The notes below the pieces were generated by a model. The model was not told where the DNA came from. It worked only from the letters and a program-made list of their open reading frames with translations, and searched no databases. Made by a program: the position numbers and the translations under genes. DNA of 64,000 bases from positions 388,391-452,390 of the forward strand of contig MU004203.1 in the NCBI GenBank assembly GCA_010093605.1, written 5' to 3'. The stretch comes from Lophium mytilinum. Its lineage: Eukaryota. Below are positions 1 through 14,378 of this stretch, one piece after another. Each line of letters opens with the position of its first letter. Position 1 is the stretch's first letter.

Positions 1-93
1 GTCTCTCTCTCTTTTCTCACGAACCCGAACCTCCAAGACAGAGGTGTGTTGGTATACTGGCCATTTAGGCAAATGTGGGGTAGGGAGTGGCAC

Positions 94-1609
94 TCACTTT
101 TTAACGATACGCTCAATGGCGTCCATTCCCTTCTCGAGGATGTCCATAGTCGGGCCGTAGGAGATACGGACGAAATCTGTTGAAGGTTGTTAAGACTGGG
201 GAAGGATGGTATGGTACAGTGAGCACTTACGATGGCAAGGACTATCAAACAGATCTCGCCTCTTGCTCGGGTTCAAATCGAAAAAGATACCTGGCACTAC
301 GATGACCTTCTCCTCCAAACACGCCGAAAAGAAGTTCAGCCCATCGTTAATCGACTCCGGTAGACAGCTCAGATCCAGCCACAGATAGAACGTGCTGTTC
401 GGCAAGAACGGGAGCTTGAACCCCATTGCCTCGAGGCGTTGAATCACATAGTCGCGCTTCATGCGGAAGTGTGTCTGCAGCGCGCGCATCTCGTGCCGCA
501 CACGGTTCGGCTCGAGCATCTGCACGGCGGCTTCTTGGAAGGGCACGTTGGTGCCGCCGTCTAAGTAGGAACCACACGAGCCGATAGCTTTAATGAATTC
601 CTTGGGCCCGAGAATCCACGCAACACGCCAGCCGGGAAGGCGGAACCGCTTGGTCAGCCCGTCAATGATGAGCACGTCGTCTTCGTCGACATCTTCGACG
701 TTGTCGGCGGACGAGATGACGGTACCGTCGCAATCGGTGGTGTAGTTGTAACCCTATCGACGGTTAGTGAAAGCTTGGGTTACGAAGCTTTCGGCTACGA
801 TTCTAGCTACTTACACAGTAAAACTCGTCCATGATCAGTGTTGCACGATCACGGCAGATGTTCTGGATCTGAGCCAATTCCGGATTGGTTATGATCTGAC
901 CAGTCGGGTTCCTTGGATTCGAGGTCAAGATGACCGAAGTACCTCTGGCGATCTCTTCTGCGATCTTGTCAGGGTGCAGATGGTAGCCGTCTTCCCTAGA
1001 CAAAGGGATAGGAATAGGGGCGATCTACGACGAATTAGCTCTATTATAGACCTAGCTGTGCCCTCCTTCTCAACTTACGTTCTTGAATAGCGACAACATC
1101 TCATTGTACGCCGTATAATCCGGGATGAAAAATCCCAGGTACGCATTGCCCAACACCGCCGCAATCCGAATCAAACCGGCCCTACCGCCAGGCACAATGC
1201 ACACGTTCTCCCACGTATACTGGCTCTTCCGCCACTTGCGATGATGCTGGTTGTACATGTTCGCGACCGCCTCTCTCAATGGTCTGATACCCGCCGTCGG
1301 GCCATACTCGCGCCCAGTCATGGAGATATCAATAGTGTGAGGGCGTTCGAAGCACCCCTGGATGTCATCGTCAACCTCCGGGGCACCTTGGCCAAGGTTC
1401 GCCCATGCCTCTGGGTTCTCAGCGAAGCCGTGCTCGTAGGCGCGCTCGGAAGTCCAGACGACGCCGGTAGAGGCGCGGGTCGGGTCGAGGCCGGCGTGGG
1501 GCTTGTGGCCTTCGTGGGAGGAGCGAAATTGGCGATGAATCTTCGAGTTGAGTTCTGCATGTTTTCTTACTTCAGTAGGGCTCTCGGGGAGGGGGATTGT
1601 GAAGGACAT
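94..1609 (-). CDS. Class I/II PLP-dependent aminotransferase (aspartate aminotransferase-like), 4 exons
   Basis: Spliced model 1609-1079, 1024-815, 753-231, 176-94 with GTAAGT/YAG sites. Motifs NLGQGAPE, SNPRNPTG, MDEFY, DGLTKRFRLPGWRVAW (PLP lysine) and VRISY. Confidence 0.9.
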
Positions 1610-3534
1610 CTTGTGTCGTAGGGATATGGCAAAAAAGGGAGCTGAGAGAAACACAAGGAAAACTACACAGAAATGAAGCTACATAAAGAAGAACCCTCGA
1701 ATTGAGGGCTGGAAAAAGGGAATTGCACTGCGGGGCACCGATCCCCAGGTACCCCAGAGGTACAGGATGCATCTGCAGTCCAGCCTCCTTAATCCCCAGC
1801 TTACAGGCGCTCCGAAAGAAGAAAATGCGATCAAATCAGTCTGAGGTGCATGCCGCAAACCCACCGCCAGCACGAGCTCCTTCTGCGACCATTGACTGGA
1901 TACATCGTGAAGCCCGAAGTGGCCCCAATCACCTCGCAGTAGCAGCATGCCGCTACAAACGCGACGCTCCGTAGCTCCAAAAGCTGCATGACGTGTGTGG
2001 GAAAAGCAAAACGCAGGTAGTAAGCGGGAAAGAAGAAGCCAACTCACCGCTCTCACTCGGATCCTTACTCGTCGAAAAGCGCCGCTCCTTTGAGAAGCTG
2101 GCCCGGCCAGGTTTGACGTGCGGGATTCGCGCTGCAGAGAAAGACATCTTCACAGCTTTGTAGTCCCCGGTGTGTAGGTGGTGATGTCTTCGAACGTCGT
2201 CCAAGCTCAAGCTCAATCAACAAAGGGTAGAAATATTCAGACCGACAACGACTGCAACAGCAGAAAAGCTGGAAAGTATGACAATAATGGAGTAAGACGA
2301 AGCAGCAAGCTGTCAGCGTTCAACTTCAGAACTGGAACTGCCGTGGGGTGTGCGCAAGCCCGCATATATACCCCCCCCAAAGCTCCACCGTCACCTCCCC
2401 CCCTTGCGAGCCTGTTTCGCCATAGCTTCCCACGTCGCCCAAGGGTCCGTCTTCGGGCCACGCAGCCAAGATGCCCATTCGCCATCGGCCGGGCCGTGCC
2501 ATGCACTGGGGAGTTGCCATTGGCGATTTGCCCATCGATGGAACCGGGCACCAGCAGCGCGCCCAAAAGCTTGCTCCCTGCGGCATTCCCTGCGGCAACC
2601 CCTGCAAGCCCGATGCGCGGGATGCTTAGCAGCACGGCTCGAGCGAAGTGGAGAATGTGGCAGTTGAGATGTGGCCCCCCTTGGGTCGCTGAGGCACAGT
2701 CCGCAGCTGCATGTCTCTCCATAATCGCCCGCCAGCTGCCTCATCCCGCAACAATCGCCGTCGGCGCCGCCTTCCTTCGAAAATCGAGTGGTGAGGCAAT
2801 CTCAAAGTCTCCTGTTGCCCGTCGCCGTTGCTCGGAGGGGGGATAATACCTCAGCGCCTCAACCCACGGCCCTTTTCCTCTGTCAACTCGCACGGAGGCC
2901 ATCGTGCAACGCGCGCAGCCCCGTTACGTTCCGCCCGCCAGAATAGGAACGGTTCTAGAAAAGAAATCTCATAACGGCCCCTAGCAACCGCTGTCCGTGG
3001 GCATTTTAGCTTTCGCCTCATTTGCGCCCTGTTCCGGCATTGATATCAGACTTCAGCCTCACGGCAAAATAGGGCCCATAGCCCGCTTCCAATGAGGCTC
3101 TCAGCCAAAGGAGTCAAATGTCGGAACTGCTCACCACTCGTGCCAGCACGGCGTCTCAACCGACCATGAACCTAGTCCCGACACCCTCGTTAACCGAGTG
3201 CGAGTCTCATGTTTCACCTTTCGAAAGTGTTGCGTCGCAGTGGCCACCCGTATGCCAACCCGCGCCCAATTGCCCGATTGCTGACGGGGCGTGCGTGTCG
3301 TCTCGTCGTCCACGACCGAAGCAACGCAACGACCGACACACTGCGCGATTAATCTCGGAGCGCAATGAATCATGAACGGAGGTGATGATACAGACAGACA
3401 ACTGTGGTTACACTCTATATACAGCAGCGCCACAGCCACCCCCTTTATCACTATCACTTCCACATTTGGATCCTAATACACGAAACAGATGCTACCATAG
3501 TACAAATCTAACAAATAAAACCCGCTGATCCAAA

Positions 3535-6419
3535 TCACTCAATCGGCTCCTCCTCCAACAGGACCTTGAAACTAAACGGCTCAAACGGCACACCGTCGCC
3601 CATGAAATGCTTGCTCATTGCCTCGACCCAATGCAGCCGCAAACTGTGCAACATGGCGCTCGTGCCCTCCATGACACACAGCACGAAAACCGTGAGCACA
3701 AACCAGAAGTAGAAGATGACGACGATGGCAATCGTGCCTACGATGCCCTTCATGCCGAACGCAATATTCATCGTCATGTCCCACAGCACGATGGAGAGGC
3801 GCTGATGGGCGAGGGAGAGGGCCCAGAGGCGGAGGTAAGAGGCCGTGTGGGAGACGCAGTTGAGGCAGAATTCTGGAGAGGAAAGTATTAGCTTCTTGCT
3901 CGATATCCTAAGATTCTCTGATCTCGACTTACCAATTGTGTGAATGATTTGGTGAATCATGACTTCCGAGAACTCGAATTCCTCGTGTTCTTCACCATGT
4001 CCGATATCCTGCGTAATCATGGCAACACCATCTTCGTCATCGCCATAGCTATCCCGGCCACCGTTCAATGTCTGGCCTTCGTCGTCATCGTCATCGTCAT
4101 CGTCCAGTGCGCTGACCCTAGTACTCTCGCCAATACCACGGTATCCTAACGCGCGAGCCTTATTATGCTCATAACGGAGGTAGAAAGGCTTCAGGAAAAG
4201 AAGCACCGGAACGCAGACTAGGGCCATGAGAAGCAAAATGACCTGTACAGTAGCCTGGCCCTTGTACAGCGGTGCAGCAGGGTTTTCGAGCGTGCCAGGT
4301 TGGAGAAACATGTAGATGAGCATGTTGAGAAGACTGGGAGGATCCTGTCCGATAGCAACCCAGTCAACGCACCACTTGTAGACGATGGTGACGGCTAAGT
4401 AGCCGAAGATTGACTGGAAGAAGATCATGCCTGGCACGAAGTTGCCCCAGATATCAATTGGTGTCTTGAAGTAGCGAGCGTTGACCAGGGACCAGCAAAG
4501 GGAGAAGGTCATCTACTTATGTTAGAACAGCCCTGCAGGTAAAGTGCATGAGAACAACTTACGTGACACCAACCAAGAAGAATACTGAGTTTCATCTTGT
4601 AGCTGTTGGAGAACAACAGATCATTTTCGGTATCATGCCACCTCCAATCCAAGCCAAACGGATATGTGTAGCCTTGGACTCGTGTAGAACCTGGACCATG
4701 TCCATCGTCGTCCCATTCCCACATGGATGTGAAAAAAGGTAGCTCCTTTGAAAACGCGTCACAGTAGATGAAGCCAGTATACATAGAGAAGATCCCCATC
4801 ATCAGGACAATGTACCGTCCGTAGAAAATCATGGAGAAAAGTTCGTCGAGCTTGCTCCGCAGTAGGGACTTCTCATAGTAGATCATGGCCAAGGCAGCGA
4901 GTAACAAGATGGAACCGTGTCCCAAGTCGCCAAACATGACAGCGAACAGGAAGGGGAATGTGACGATAGTTGGTAGACCTGGATTGACTTCGCGATACTT
5001 TATGGTACCGTATGCATCGATAATGGTTTGGAAAGCAAGCGTAAACTTGTTCGTCTTAAAGTAAGTCGGTGGCGTCTTGTTGGTCTTGACTTGGTTTACA
5101 ATGGTCGGAACCGAGAGACCGGCACGGTCGTTGACATCCTGGAGCGTAGACTTGATCAGTCCAAGGGCATTGGTAGGTGCCCAAGCTTCGGCAATGAGGG
5201 TCTTCCGTTGGTGGTCGTAAGAAAACTTATTCAAAGTCTGGTAAACTGCCTTCTCTTTCTTGATAATGGTCATCCAGGCAGCCAAGCTACGTCCAATAGC
5301 AGTCAGCTCAGCATCCAGCGTTTGCTTGGTGTTCCTCAAGACGCTTGCCAAGTCGCTCAATCGAGTATTGACCTCATGAATCTGGTCCCGGCGCAACTCG
5401 CTGTTCTCGTCCACACTGTATAGGTCGGCACCCAGCGATTCAGAGATCTTGCGGATCTTAGCAATGATTTCCTTGCCGTGTGCGAAGATGATGAAGACGT
5501 TCTTGCTAGTTTCCTCGTTCGTCTCTGGGTTGATGATGGGCTCCGGGATCTCGGACTGGTTCATGTACAAATTGCCGCGCAACGTCCGCCAGAGAATTCT
5601 TTCAAAGGACGCAATCCGTTCCCGGGGAATGACTCCAGCAACGAATCCAATGTTCATGACGGAGAAAGAGCGATCACCGCCAGCTTCGCCATTTTGTCCA
5701 TTCTGTTCAACGTCGCGCAGGAGGGGGGCATCGTCGTTATCAATCGAGTGTCTGATTTCCTCGGTCTGGCCACGAGCCTGTCTTCAATGTTAGTATAATT
5801 TAGATACTCCGAGGCAGTATCGGTGAAATCCCACCCTATCGAAGAAGCCACCAGCTTCTCTAAGCACCCATCGCCACTCCGTAAGCTCGACCTCCCGTCT
5901 CTTCAACGTCTCGTAGCTCTCATTGAGCGACGATATTCTGTTTTCCAAGCTCTGGCTCTTATCCGCAAGCTCGTCAATCTCAGAAGCAGAAGGCGAGGTG
6001 AACGGGTTGTTGAAATCGTAGATAGATCTCATCGGAATGGAGGCCTTGTCCATCTGGGTGTGGAAGTATCCTAGCCCACGTCAGCTTCATCAGACCTCAG
6101 TATCGGTGTATTGACATACGAAGCTGCCTCTCCACATTGTCTAGGCGGCGGATCTCTTGCGTGAAGGTACGTTGGAAGGCAGTAGTTTCGGCATTGAGCT
6201 AGCAAAAAGCAATGGAGTTAGCATTCAAGTTCATCTACTTTGTCTGCAAACACCCTAGTAATGAAGGCGAGAGCTCCCAGCTGCACTTACATCCCGAAAG
6301 TCCATGACACCAAGCTCCCCAAGGGCAGAGACGACCTCGCGCCCTATCTCATTGGCGATGTAGAGCTGGGTCAAGGACATGTCCGCCGAGCGGAACAGGG
6401 TGTCCTGTGGTGGAGCCAT
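3535..6419 (-). CDS. VPH1: V-type ATPase V0 subunit a
   Basis: Multi-exon. N-terminus [74 protein letters not shown]. Confidence 0.96.
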
Positions 6420-6944
6420 GTTGGCGGCTGGGAAGACAGATCACTTGCTCCGCGATGGTCCGTCTTTCGAAGGAGTGGAGGCGATATGCCGGGGAAGGTG
6501 TGAGGTGGGAACGATGAAGCACTGCCTTCGCGATGATGCTGCAAGATGGCGCTAATCTAAATCACGTGCCAGCGCTTGGACCTCCTCATCACTCAACTAT
6601 GACCATCACAGAGAAATCAACCATTGATACATTATTGATTATATGTATATATGCTCAGAGTAATTATAGCAGTCATTCTCATGTTACTTAGTTCTACAAG
6701 AGTTAACCGTACTTCGAGTACGTACCACAGGGCCTCATGAGCAGAGAAGCCGACCTTCCACCATTTCGACCCCCGAAAAAAAAACCACATATGATATCCT
6801 AAAGATGCGTGAAGTAAGAAAAAGCGATATGGTAGTAAGCTCGTCAAGCACACGTTTTCCCTGTAAATTCGGAAAGAGACTAAAAAACATGCAGACATCT
6901 GGACCCGTATAGGTTTCACCCTACAATTCATCCTCCACATTCCA

Positions 6945-9900
6945 TCAGATGAACTCTACAAGATCACCGAATTCAGCTAGGACCCATGGTTCAATTTCTT
7001 CATAGCCCGGTGGCACGACAACATGCTTGAGTGTGTCGTCGTCATGATTCTTGGAGCCGGCGGCCTCTTCTCCTTGGATGGCAACCTTAAATTTCGGAGC
7101 CATTTGGTCCTCGTCTCCGAGATAGCGAATATTCTGATCGAATGCCTCGTTCCTCGGGGGAACATTCTCCTTTTCTGAAGACATCGCATCTGTACTGGTA
7201 TGGATATTCGTAAACTGAGAGTACCTAGAGGCCTTTTTCGCGGGGCCTACATTCCCTAGATATGAGGTCATTGGTGTGTTGCCTTCAATCGGAGCTTGAG
7301 AACTACTGGTTTCGTTGAAGAATAGGGATCGACCTTTCTCTGGAGGTAGGCGCTGAACGCCAACTGCTGAGGATGGCGTATGGCTCTGCTCTACGGGCAA
7401 GTCTCGGGTACCCATTGTTGAAGACGAAGAGTGAACGTGAGTCGGAGCCTCCTGCATGAAAGTGTCTTCCACTAGGGAATCATTGTCCCTCTTCAGATTC
7501 TCCATACCGGGTTCTTCATCCATTCGCGCATCATAGTCGTCATCGAAGTAGATGTCGCCATAGTCTTCGTTGCCGTTGTCCCACTGCATGTCTTGCAGAT
7601 CCTGGGAGTCCGCCAGGCCCACCATTGCAGCATCAAGCTCCGAGTCGTCGCCATCAAACATGGACTGTTCCTCGGCAGCGGTAGATCCCGGCAGGTGTTC
7701 GATATCATCTTCAATCGGATCGCTAATCTCCCGTCGCACTCCTTGCTTCGTAATAACGACCTTAGGTCTTGACGGAGCTTCGGCTGCTTTTGGAACATCC
7801 GGCGGTGAAGTCAGGTCATCCATCCACCCATCCCCATAACTAGTTTCCGTAGAAGGCTCTACTGTGTTTTCTTTGGCCATGAAAGACAGCACTGACCTGT
7901 CTCCTTTCGAATAGGAATACGCCGGCTTCTTGTGCATGACCGCGGACACCGAAGCTGGCGGGTCCTTTTTCTGAATACTTGAATGGAGCTGATTCAACTG
8001 CACGAAGTCTCGAGGCCCGTGAGTCGCATAGTTCTTTCTCTTCTCGTCTTCTGTCAGATCCACCTGCTCAATAGCGGCCGAGCTCTTTCGCTTCGATACG
8101 TTGAGCTGTAGTTTAGACTGAGTCTTGTCCCTGGAGCTTCTTAATTGCTGAGTTTGATCGGAACCCTTCCGAGTACTGGCAATCTGTGACGCTGTAGCCT
8201 TCTTCTTGGCCCTCTTGGGTAGTTTGTCGAGTCCCTCGCGGCAGCACAAGTGTTTGCACTTGGTCTTGTCACCGCACCTATGATTACACGCCCATTTCCC
8301 GTTCTCAAGCTTGGGTGGCTCGTCATCCACTTCTTCCTCCGAGTCGTCTGCCTTTCTCTTTCCCTTCTTCAAAGATGCATTTTGAGCAGTATTATTCCGC
8401 GTCATAACTGATGTGGTGCTGCCAAAGTCGTCGATGTGGGCGAAATCGAGATCCCCAACGCCGGCAACAGCCAACAATTCAGAGTCATCCAGTCCGTCGT
8501 CTCCGAATTCGTCGCTTGCTTCGGAGAATTTCCTGGTCAGGCCGCGTTCCTCAGCACGTCTTCGAGACGTATTCGAGGTTGGCTTCTCGGGCTCTTTTTG
8601 GGGTTGTGGTTTTGGTGAAGGAAACATGGACGGGCGAATCTCCGGTTTGAGTGTTGCGTGCCGCATTGTCCCAGCTACACTACCGTGTTAGCAGATGACT
8701 CTAAGCTCCATCTGTTTTCTCACCTATCTCATCGCACATCACGTAGCACGTGATTGATTGGTCCACACTTGTCAAGAGAGCTGAGAACTGTAGATCCTGG
8801 CCATTCCCGAGTTTCTGACCACTGCAAGTTGTCAGCTATTTTACTGGTCATATGGGTGAGATGTGTGATTGCTACCTTGTGCGAGCGAAATGCACTTTGT
8901 GACCATCAGAAGTCTCCGCCAGGAAACAGACGTATACAGGTTTGTTGCGATATTGAGTCGCTGGTTTCTCGTTCATAAATCCGATTTCAGCCCTCACTTG
9001 AATCTTGACGCCCTCGCCACACTTGGCAACCTAAATCGGTAATAAGCATTAATCCGGACGCTGACCCAAACAGTTACACTCACCGAGCTGGGAACCAGAT
9101 ATACCGACACATGTAGCTTTGGGAAGTGTTTCAAACCAGCGAGAAGTTTCATGCCAAACGGAGGATTCTTGCCGAGTACCATCTCGATCCGATGAGCTTC
9201 GTTGTTCTCAAGTGCTTCAATGGAATTGATGCCTCCGTTGACAAGCTTTCTGACCGCGACTATTCCAAGCTGCTCAATCTGCTTGATCTGCATCGGGCTA
9301 TCATCCCAAGCCCGGCCACCAAGGCTGCGTTCTAACATCAGTGCGTTGCGGATAGCTACCGAGTCCTCAAGGGTTAGTTCGCAGTCGATGATACAACGTA
9401 CGAGGCGATTGATGTGCTTGAAAATGATTGAAGTCTCGGTGAGATATTGCTGTCTATGCTTCCCGGCCTTCTCGTCAAAGCCAAGCTCAGCTCCGCCGAG
9501 GTGAGCTTGTATGATCAGTGACGTCTTGTGCATAGGCAAAGCCAAGTCTACAGGTATTGGGAATCTGATAGATGGAGATTTGTTGAGTTCTTTGTAGACT
9601 GGCTTCTCTCCTGCTCGAAAACGCAGCTCTTTGAATTCGACAGCCTGGGCAAGTGCAGAAAGCTACTCATCGTGTCAGCAAAGTATTTCAAAAAGAGGAT
9701 AGTATCTTACGATGTCAGATATCTTGGCCTTCGGCGGCAACCCCATAAAATGGCGCATGGTCTCGAATTGCACGTAGTAGCGTGCCATTGCATGACCAAA
9801 TTCGGTACATTTCAATACCTCGCCTGCCGTCACAAGATTAGTATCTTGAAGCAAGTCAATGTCCCTCGAGCAGATGCTGTCAAGTTGCTCATCAATGTCT

Positions 9901-12268
9901 TGTCCGCTTCTTGCGCCTTCAAGCTTGTAGTGTTCTGGGTTCTGCTTCAAGCGGACGAACAAGAACGTCCCAGCTAGCCATTTCTTCGCTGTTTGAGTAT
10001 TCGTAATCGTTCCGAGGCCGATTTCGGCATTGAGGTGGTCGATGAGATTGAGATGTAAACGACTCTCGAGCAAATCTCGGCCAGACACCATTGATTCATA
10101 CCGCTGAACCTTACTCTGCCTCGTCATAATAACTGCAACCGCGCTATCGTCGAATTGGGGTCGCCCTGCCCGACCGAGCATCTGCATGATCTCTAAGTCT
10201 GCGTACTCGCTCATCAGGGGCCCAGCCCAATAAACGGTGTTTTTGATGATGGCAAAGTGGCAGGGCAAGTTGACACCCACGGCCAAGGTAGACGTGCAGC
10301 AGATGACGTTGAGGTCTCCATTCAGAAAGCCATTTTCGACACCAAGTCGATCACTTGGGTTCAGGCCCGCGTGGTGGAATGCGACCGCCGAAGATGCACA
10401 AGCTGGCCCGGAATTAGTTTGGGTTTGTAGAACTGTGGTCAGAAACGGGCAACTTACTTTGAAGATCGTTATCTGCAAACGATATCCTCCTCTTTGGCGC
10501 CTCCCAATATCGATCTCTAGGCCCTTTCGTTGCCCACCAATTCGCAAGGAGTTTCGCGGTGGCTACCGTCGAGTTCCTGGTAGGACAGAACACCATGATT
10601 GGCTTTCGTTGTGAGTATTTAGCAATGACCTCGGGAAGCCTGGTGACGATATTATATTAGCTTTTCTGCGTTCGTACGCCACGACAGGTTTGATACACGA
10701 CGTACTTGCTGTCTAAATACTTTTCGAATGCGAACTCATTCTGGTTGTTCGATTGATATCCACAGACGTATTTCTGAAGTTTCACGGGCCTGAACTGCTC
10801 GCCAAATTGCTCATTAGCCGCAGGTTGATCTGTATGGGTCGCATCTTTGCCTAGCCAGGCCGCGACATCTTTGAAGTTTGGTACTGTTGCAGACAAAGCC
10901 ACAAACCGTACATCGGAGCTAACGGATTTCATGCGCGAGACGACTGCTTCGAGGGTTGCGCCGCGCTCATCCTTGAGAATGTGGACCTCATCGATGAGAA
11001 AGAGCTTGACTAGTTGCATCAATTTCTCGTGGTCTTTCCACTTTCGAGTCATGCTGTCCCATTTCTCTGGAGTGGTGATGATGATACTTGCACTTTGAAC
11101 GTTTCGGATCTGTGAGATTTCACTATCACCTGTCAATTCTTCACAACGCAGACCCAATGGGCCAAACTTCTTCTGCCAATCACGTTGACGCTCAGAACAA
11201 AGCGACTTGATGGGCGCTTGATACACGATTTTGAACTGCCCACTGGGGTATTGATTGATGGCGCGGCAGATAGCGAGCTCGAGAACTGCCGTTTTCCCGC
11301 TACCTGTAGGCGACGCGAGCACAAAGTTGTCGCTAGACTTGTAGACTTGCTGGAAACATTTTGACTGAATTGCGTTGAACAAAGGGAATGGAAATACGGT
11401 TCGAAGGCGGTCGGGTAGTTCAGTGACCGGGACTAATGCGATGCCTTGAGCCGTAGGCGGGGCATGCGGCAGGTCAATCCGTTTTGGGGCAGCTCTGGCC
11501 TTGTGGTAAGATGGCTCGAAGGTATGGCCTTGGCTCTGTGACGGTTCTTGTCTCGGATGCTCCTGTTTCAAAGGTCTCTTCGAAGGTGGTGGTATCGGCG
11601 GTCCAATGTCACTTCGGCGTTGGCTCGCTCTCATGGCCGGACTGGAGAGCAATGCGTGAGAGTCTGAGCTAGACTCGGGGGCTGGTGGAGGTCTGTAGGC
11701 AAATAGCCCTCCTTGAGAAGTGTTAGCCTGCGTTCTGTTAGAAATCGTAGCTGTTCCCACCTAGCTCTCCAACGCCTGGAGGCTGAGATGCATAAGGCGA
11801 ACCTGTGTAACACTGTCAGTATGCCTCCGGCCATCCCACCTTGCAGACACCAACCTTTTCGCAGACTCAGACTCATGTCCATTTCCGGGGGCGCTTGCAT
11901 TGGCTGACTTGCTGGAGCTCCATCGTCAAAGTATCGCGAAGAGCTCGGCGCCAGAGAGAGCCGGGCTCGACCTTGTTCTGCCTGTGCCTGTCGGTCTTCG
12001 AGAGGTCGTCGCATAAGCTCTTTGTCTGCAGATTGTGAGTGGAGTGTGTAGCCTTGTGTGATTTGGGACCTGTACCAAAGGCATCGAAATGAGTTTCAAT
12101 CTCGCCCACGCCGTATTGACGAGGACTCTCGTATCGATACTCAATATTCTGACGAGGGCCTGGCTGGAGTTCCTCATATCCGACCGCGGACAACTCCCGG
12201 GCGGATGAAGGCACTTGATGGCCCTGTTCGAGCTGGTCGAGCATAGCCCACATTGAGGCATCCTCCAT
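6945..12268 (-). CDS. MER3: Meiotic DExH helicase Mer3/HFM1 with Sec63 domain
   Basis: Multi-exon. SPTGSGKT, IDEVHIL, ALSATVPN, TSTLAVGVNLP, QMLGRAGRPQFD, a Sec63-like region and the C-terminal WACNHRCGDKTKCKHLCCREG motif. The start codon at 12268 is inferred. Confidence 0.9.
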
Positions 12269-12821
12269 GGTAGATGTCAGGCATGGGCAGCTCACGGAGA
12301 GGACACGAAGGCCTAGGGTGCTGAGCTATGGTAGAAGTAGGATGGTAAGCGGAGAGAGTGGGAGACGGAACTGATGAAGATGTGAGGTTGACGTTGACAT
12401 TGGCTCAGAGCAGGCACGGGACCTGCGACACTACAGCTTCAGCGTGTCGACTTTGGGCAAATTCTTGGATGCCTTTCGAATACACAAACACACAGAACCT
12501 CCCTAAAACCTATCAATGCGCCTTTGGTTCATGCAAAGCTGTCGTCGTCATACCTGTGACTTCGAACCACGTGCCCGCCATTCCCATACACACCACATAA
12601 AATGCAACGCCACCACCATTGTTTTCCATATCCAATCCCAAACAAATGCATCCTTCGTACGACGTATCGGCGAAGGCCATAATCTTTCAATCAACCTCAT
12701 AGCTCAATCATCAATCCAACTACATGCAGCACCCGCAAAGAGCCCCCTTACCCAAATGTACCCCTGGTTCTACGAAAATATGTGCAACGAAGTCTTGTCA
12801 TGTGCAATTATCCAACGTCCG

Positions 12822-14378
12822 TTACGCATCTCGCTTCCCCAACGACTTGCGTTCGGAGCCCTTCCGGAAATGGTGCCGTTCAACAGTAGGTGTGCCAGGC
12901 CGTGAGGTCGACAAGCCCTCAGATCTCAAAGGAGACTTTGCAATCGACGACGCTGGGGCTCGTTCAAGATCAAAGTACGATGGATTGCCGTCAATTGTGG
13001 TTTTCTCGTAGTCTGCGATCCGGATTGGTGGCGGTCGCATACGGTCGTTGCTGCTGTAAAGCCATGTAGCAAACAACACAACAGACGTACCGAGCAAATA
13101 CTGGGGAGCGTCAGTACACTCTGGGTGCATGAAAGAGAGGAGATAACCTACATGTGCGGTGATCGAGACGTCGAAGAACCAGACGCTCGCTAGAAAGCTG
13201 ATGATAACGCTAATGCTTGTCGAAAAGTTCTTTGCAATGTTGTCCGCATAGTTGATAACCATGGACACCAAAACACCGCCGAATGCTTGAAATGCAATTG
13301 TAGTCCAAACGATCCAAGTATACCCCACGAAAAATCCTGTCTTCGCGATTTTCTCGCCGTCAATGAAGATCACGCCAATAAAACCAGCCGCGAATATTGA
13401 CCAGAATGAGAGCTGGACGTTAGCCACCCACAGAGAAGACGATGTATTCGAGTCCTTCAGGATTTTCTCGAAGGAGACTCCAGCAAGGCCAGAGAGAACG
13501 CACGCCGCAATGACAGCAGCCAAGCCAATTGTGCCGTTCAACACTGGATTCTGCATGGCCACATCCTCCTCGATGCCTTCGTATGTTGCAGAGCGCTTAG
13601 ACAGCTCCTGTGCCGCTGTGCTACCTAGGTCGCGAAGTTGCTCGAAGGAACGTGGCCAAAACATTTGTGATTGCGCCTCTTGCAGAGCCGTGAAGCTGGA
13701 TGAGTCGCCTCCGTGTGGCCACTGAACAATGATGACTCCAAATGTAAGGAGAATTAACGATCCCCATTTGCGCATGGACAGTGACCTCCTGAGCAACGCT
13801 ACACTGAATATCGCGGTGGTAAGAATCTTAAGCTGATATGTGACCTGGAACGTGGCTGCGTCTAGATTGCTCACGGCCGCGTATTGTAGGGTGTTTTGCG
13901 CAGTGTACAGGACCGCTGGAATTGCCAGCTTCCAGCTGTCGCCCGTGAAGACTGCCGCAAAGAGGCTGCCAAACAAGTCTGATGCAGATGTATTCGAAGG
14001 GAGCTTGCTGGACATGTCGTATAGAGCCATTGTGAGGGAGATTCCTAGCTTGATCACTTCGTTCAGGAGGACGGCGGTCGAGGCAAAGTATCGGTGCGTG
14101 CCATTCTGTGGCATTATCCGCGAATAGTGCATTATCTGCCAGTATGTCAGCTCTTGACTTGCATCTGATATAGAGAGTTTGAAGTTCTAGAACCGCAATC
14201 CCACAGTGCCAGGGTTCTTACCAGAATGAGGGCGGAATTTTGGAAAGTGAGCTGCCAAATTGTCAGTCAAGCCTTCCACGATTTCTCCATGGGTAAGAAC
14301 GCATACAGCGGCCAAAGATATGGTCTTCATGGGAAACCCTCCCCATGAACCGCCTCTGCGATTCGCGTCAATAGCCAT
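12822..14378 (-). CDS. Nucleotide-sugar (UDP-galactose-type, SLC35A/Gms1-like) Golgi transporter
   Basis: Exons 14378-14307, a 30-nt exon 14251-14222 (LTFQNSALIL), then 14135 onward with one more intron near 13100-13150. Motifs AIPAVLYTAQNTLQY, FQVTYQLKILTTA, YADNIAKNF. Confidence 0.9.

Noticed and set aside
2178..2846. Overlapping 222-aa (+) and 161-aa (-) ORFs
   Set aside because: A GC-rich upstream region with non-protein-like composition and no motifs.
2825..2860. GGATAATACC..AGCG resembling a TPP riboswitch P5/L5
   Set aside because: It lacks the preceding CCTGAT and a properly placed TGAGA, and is not in an intron of a thiamine-related gene.
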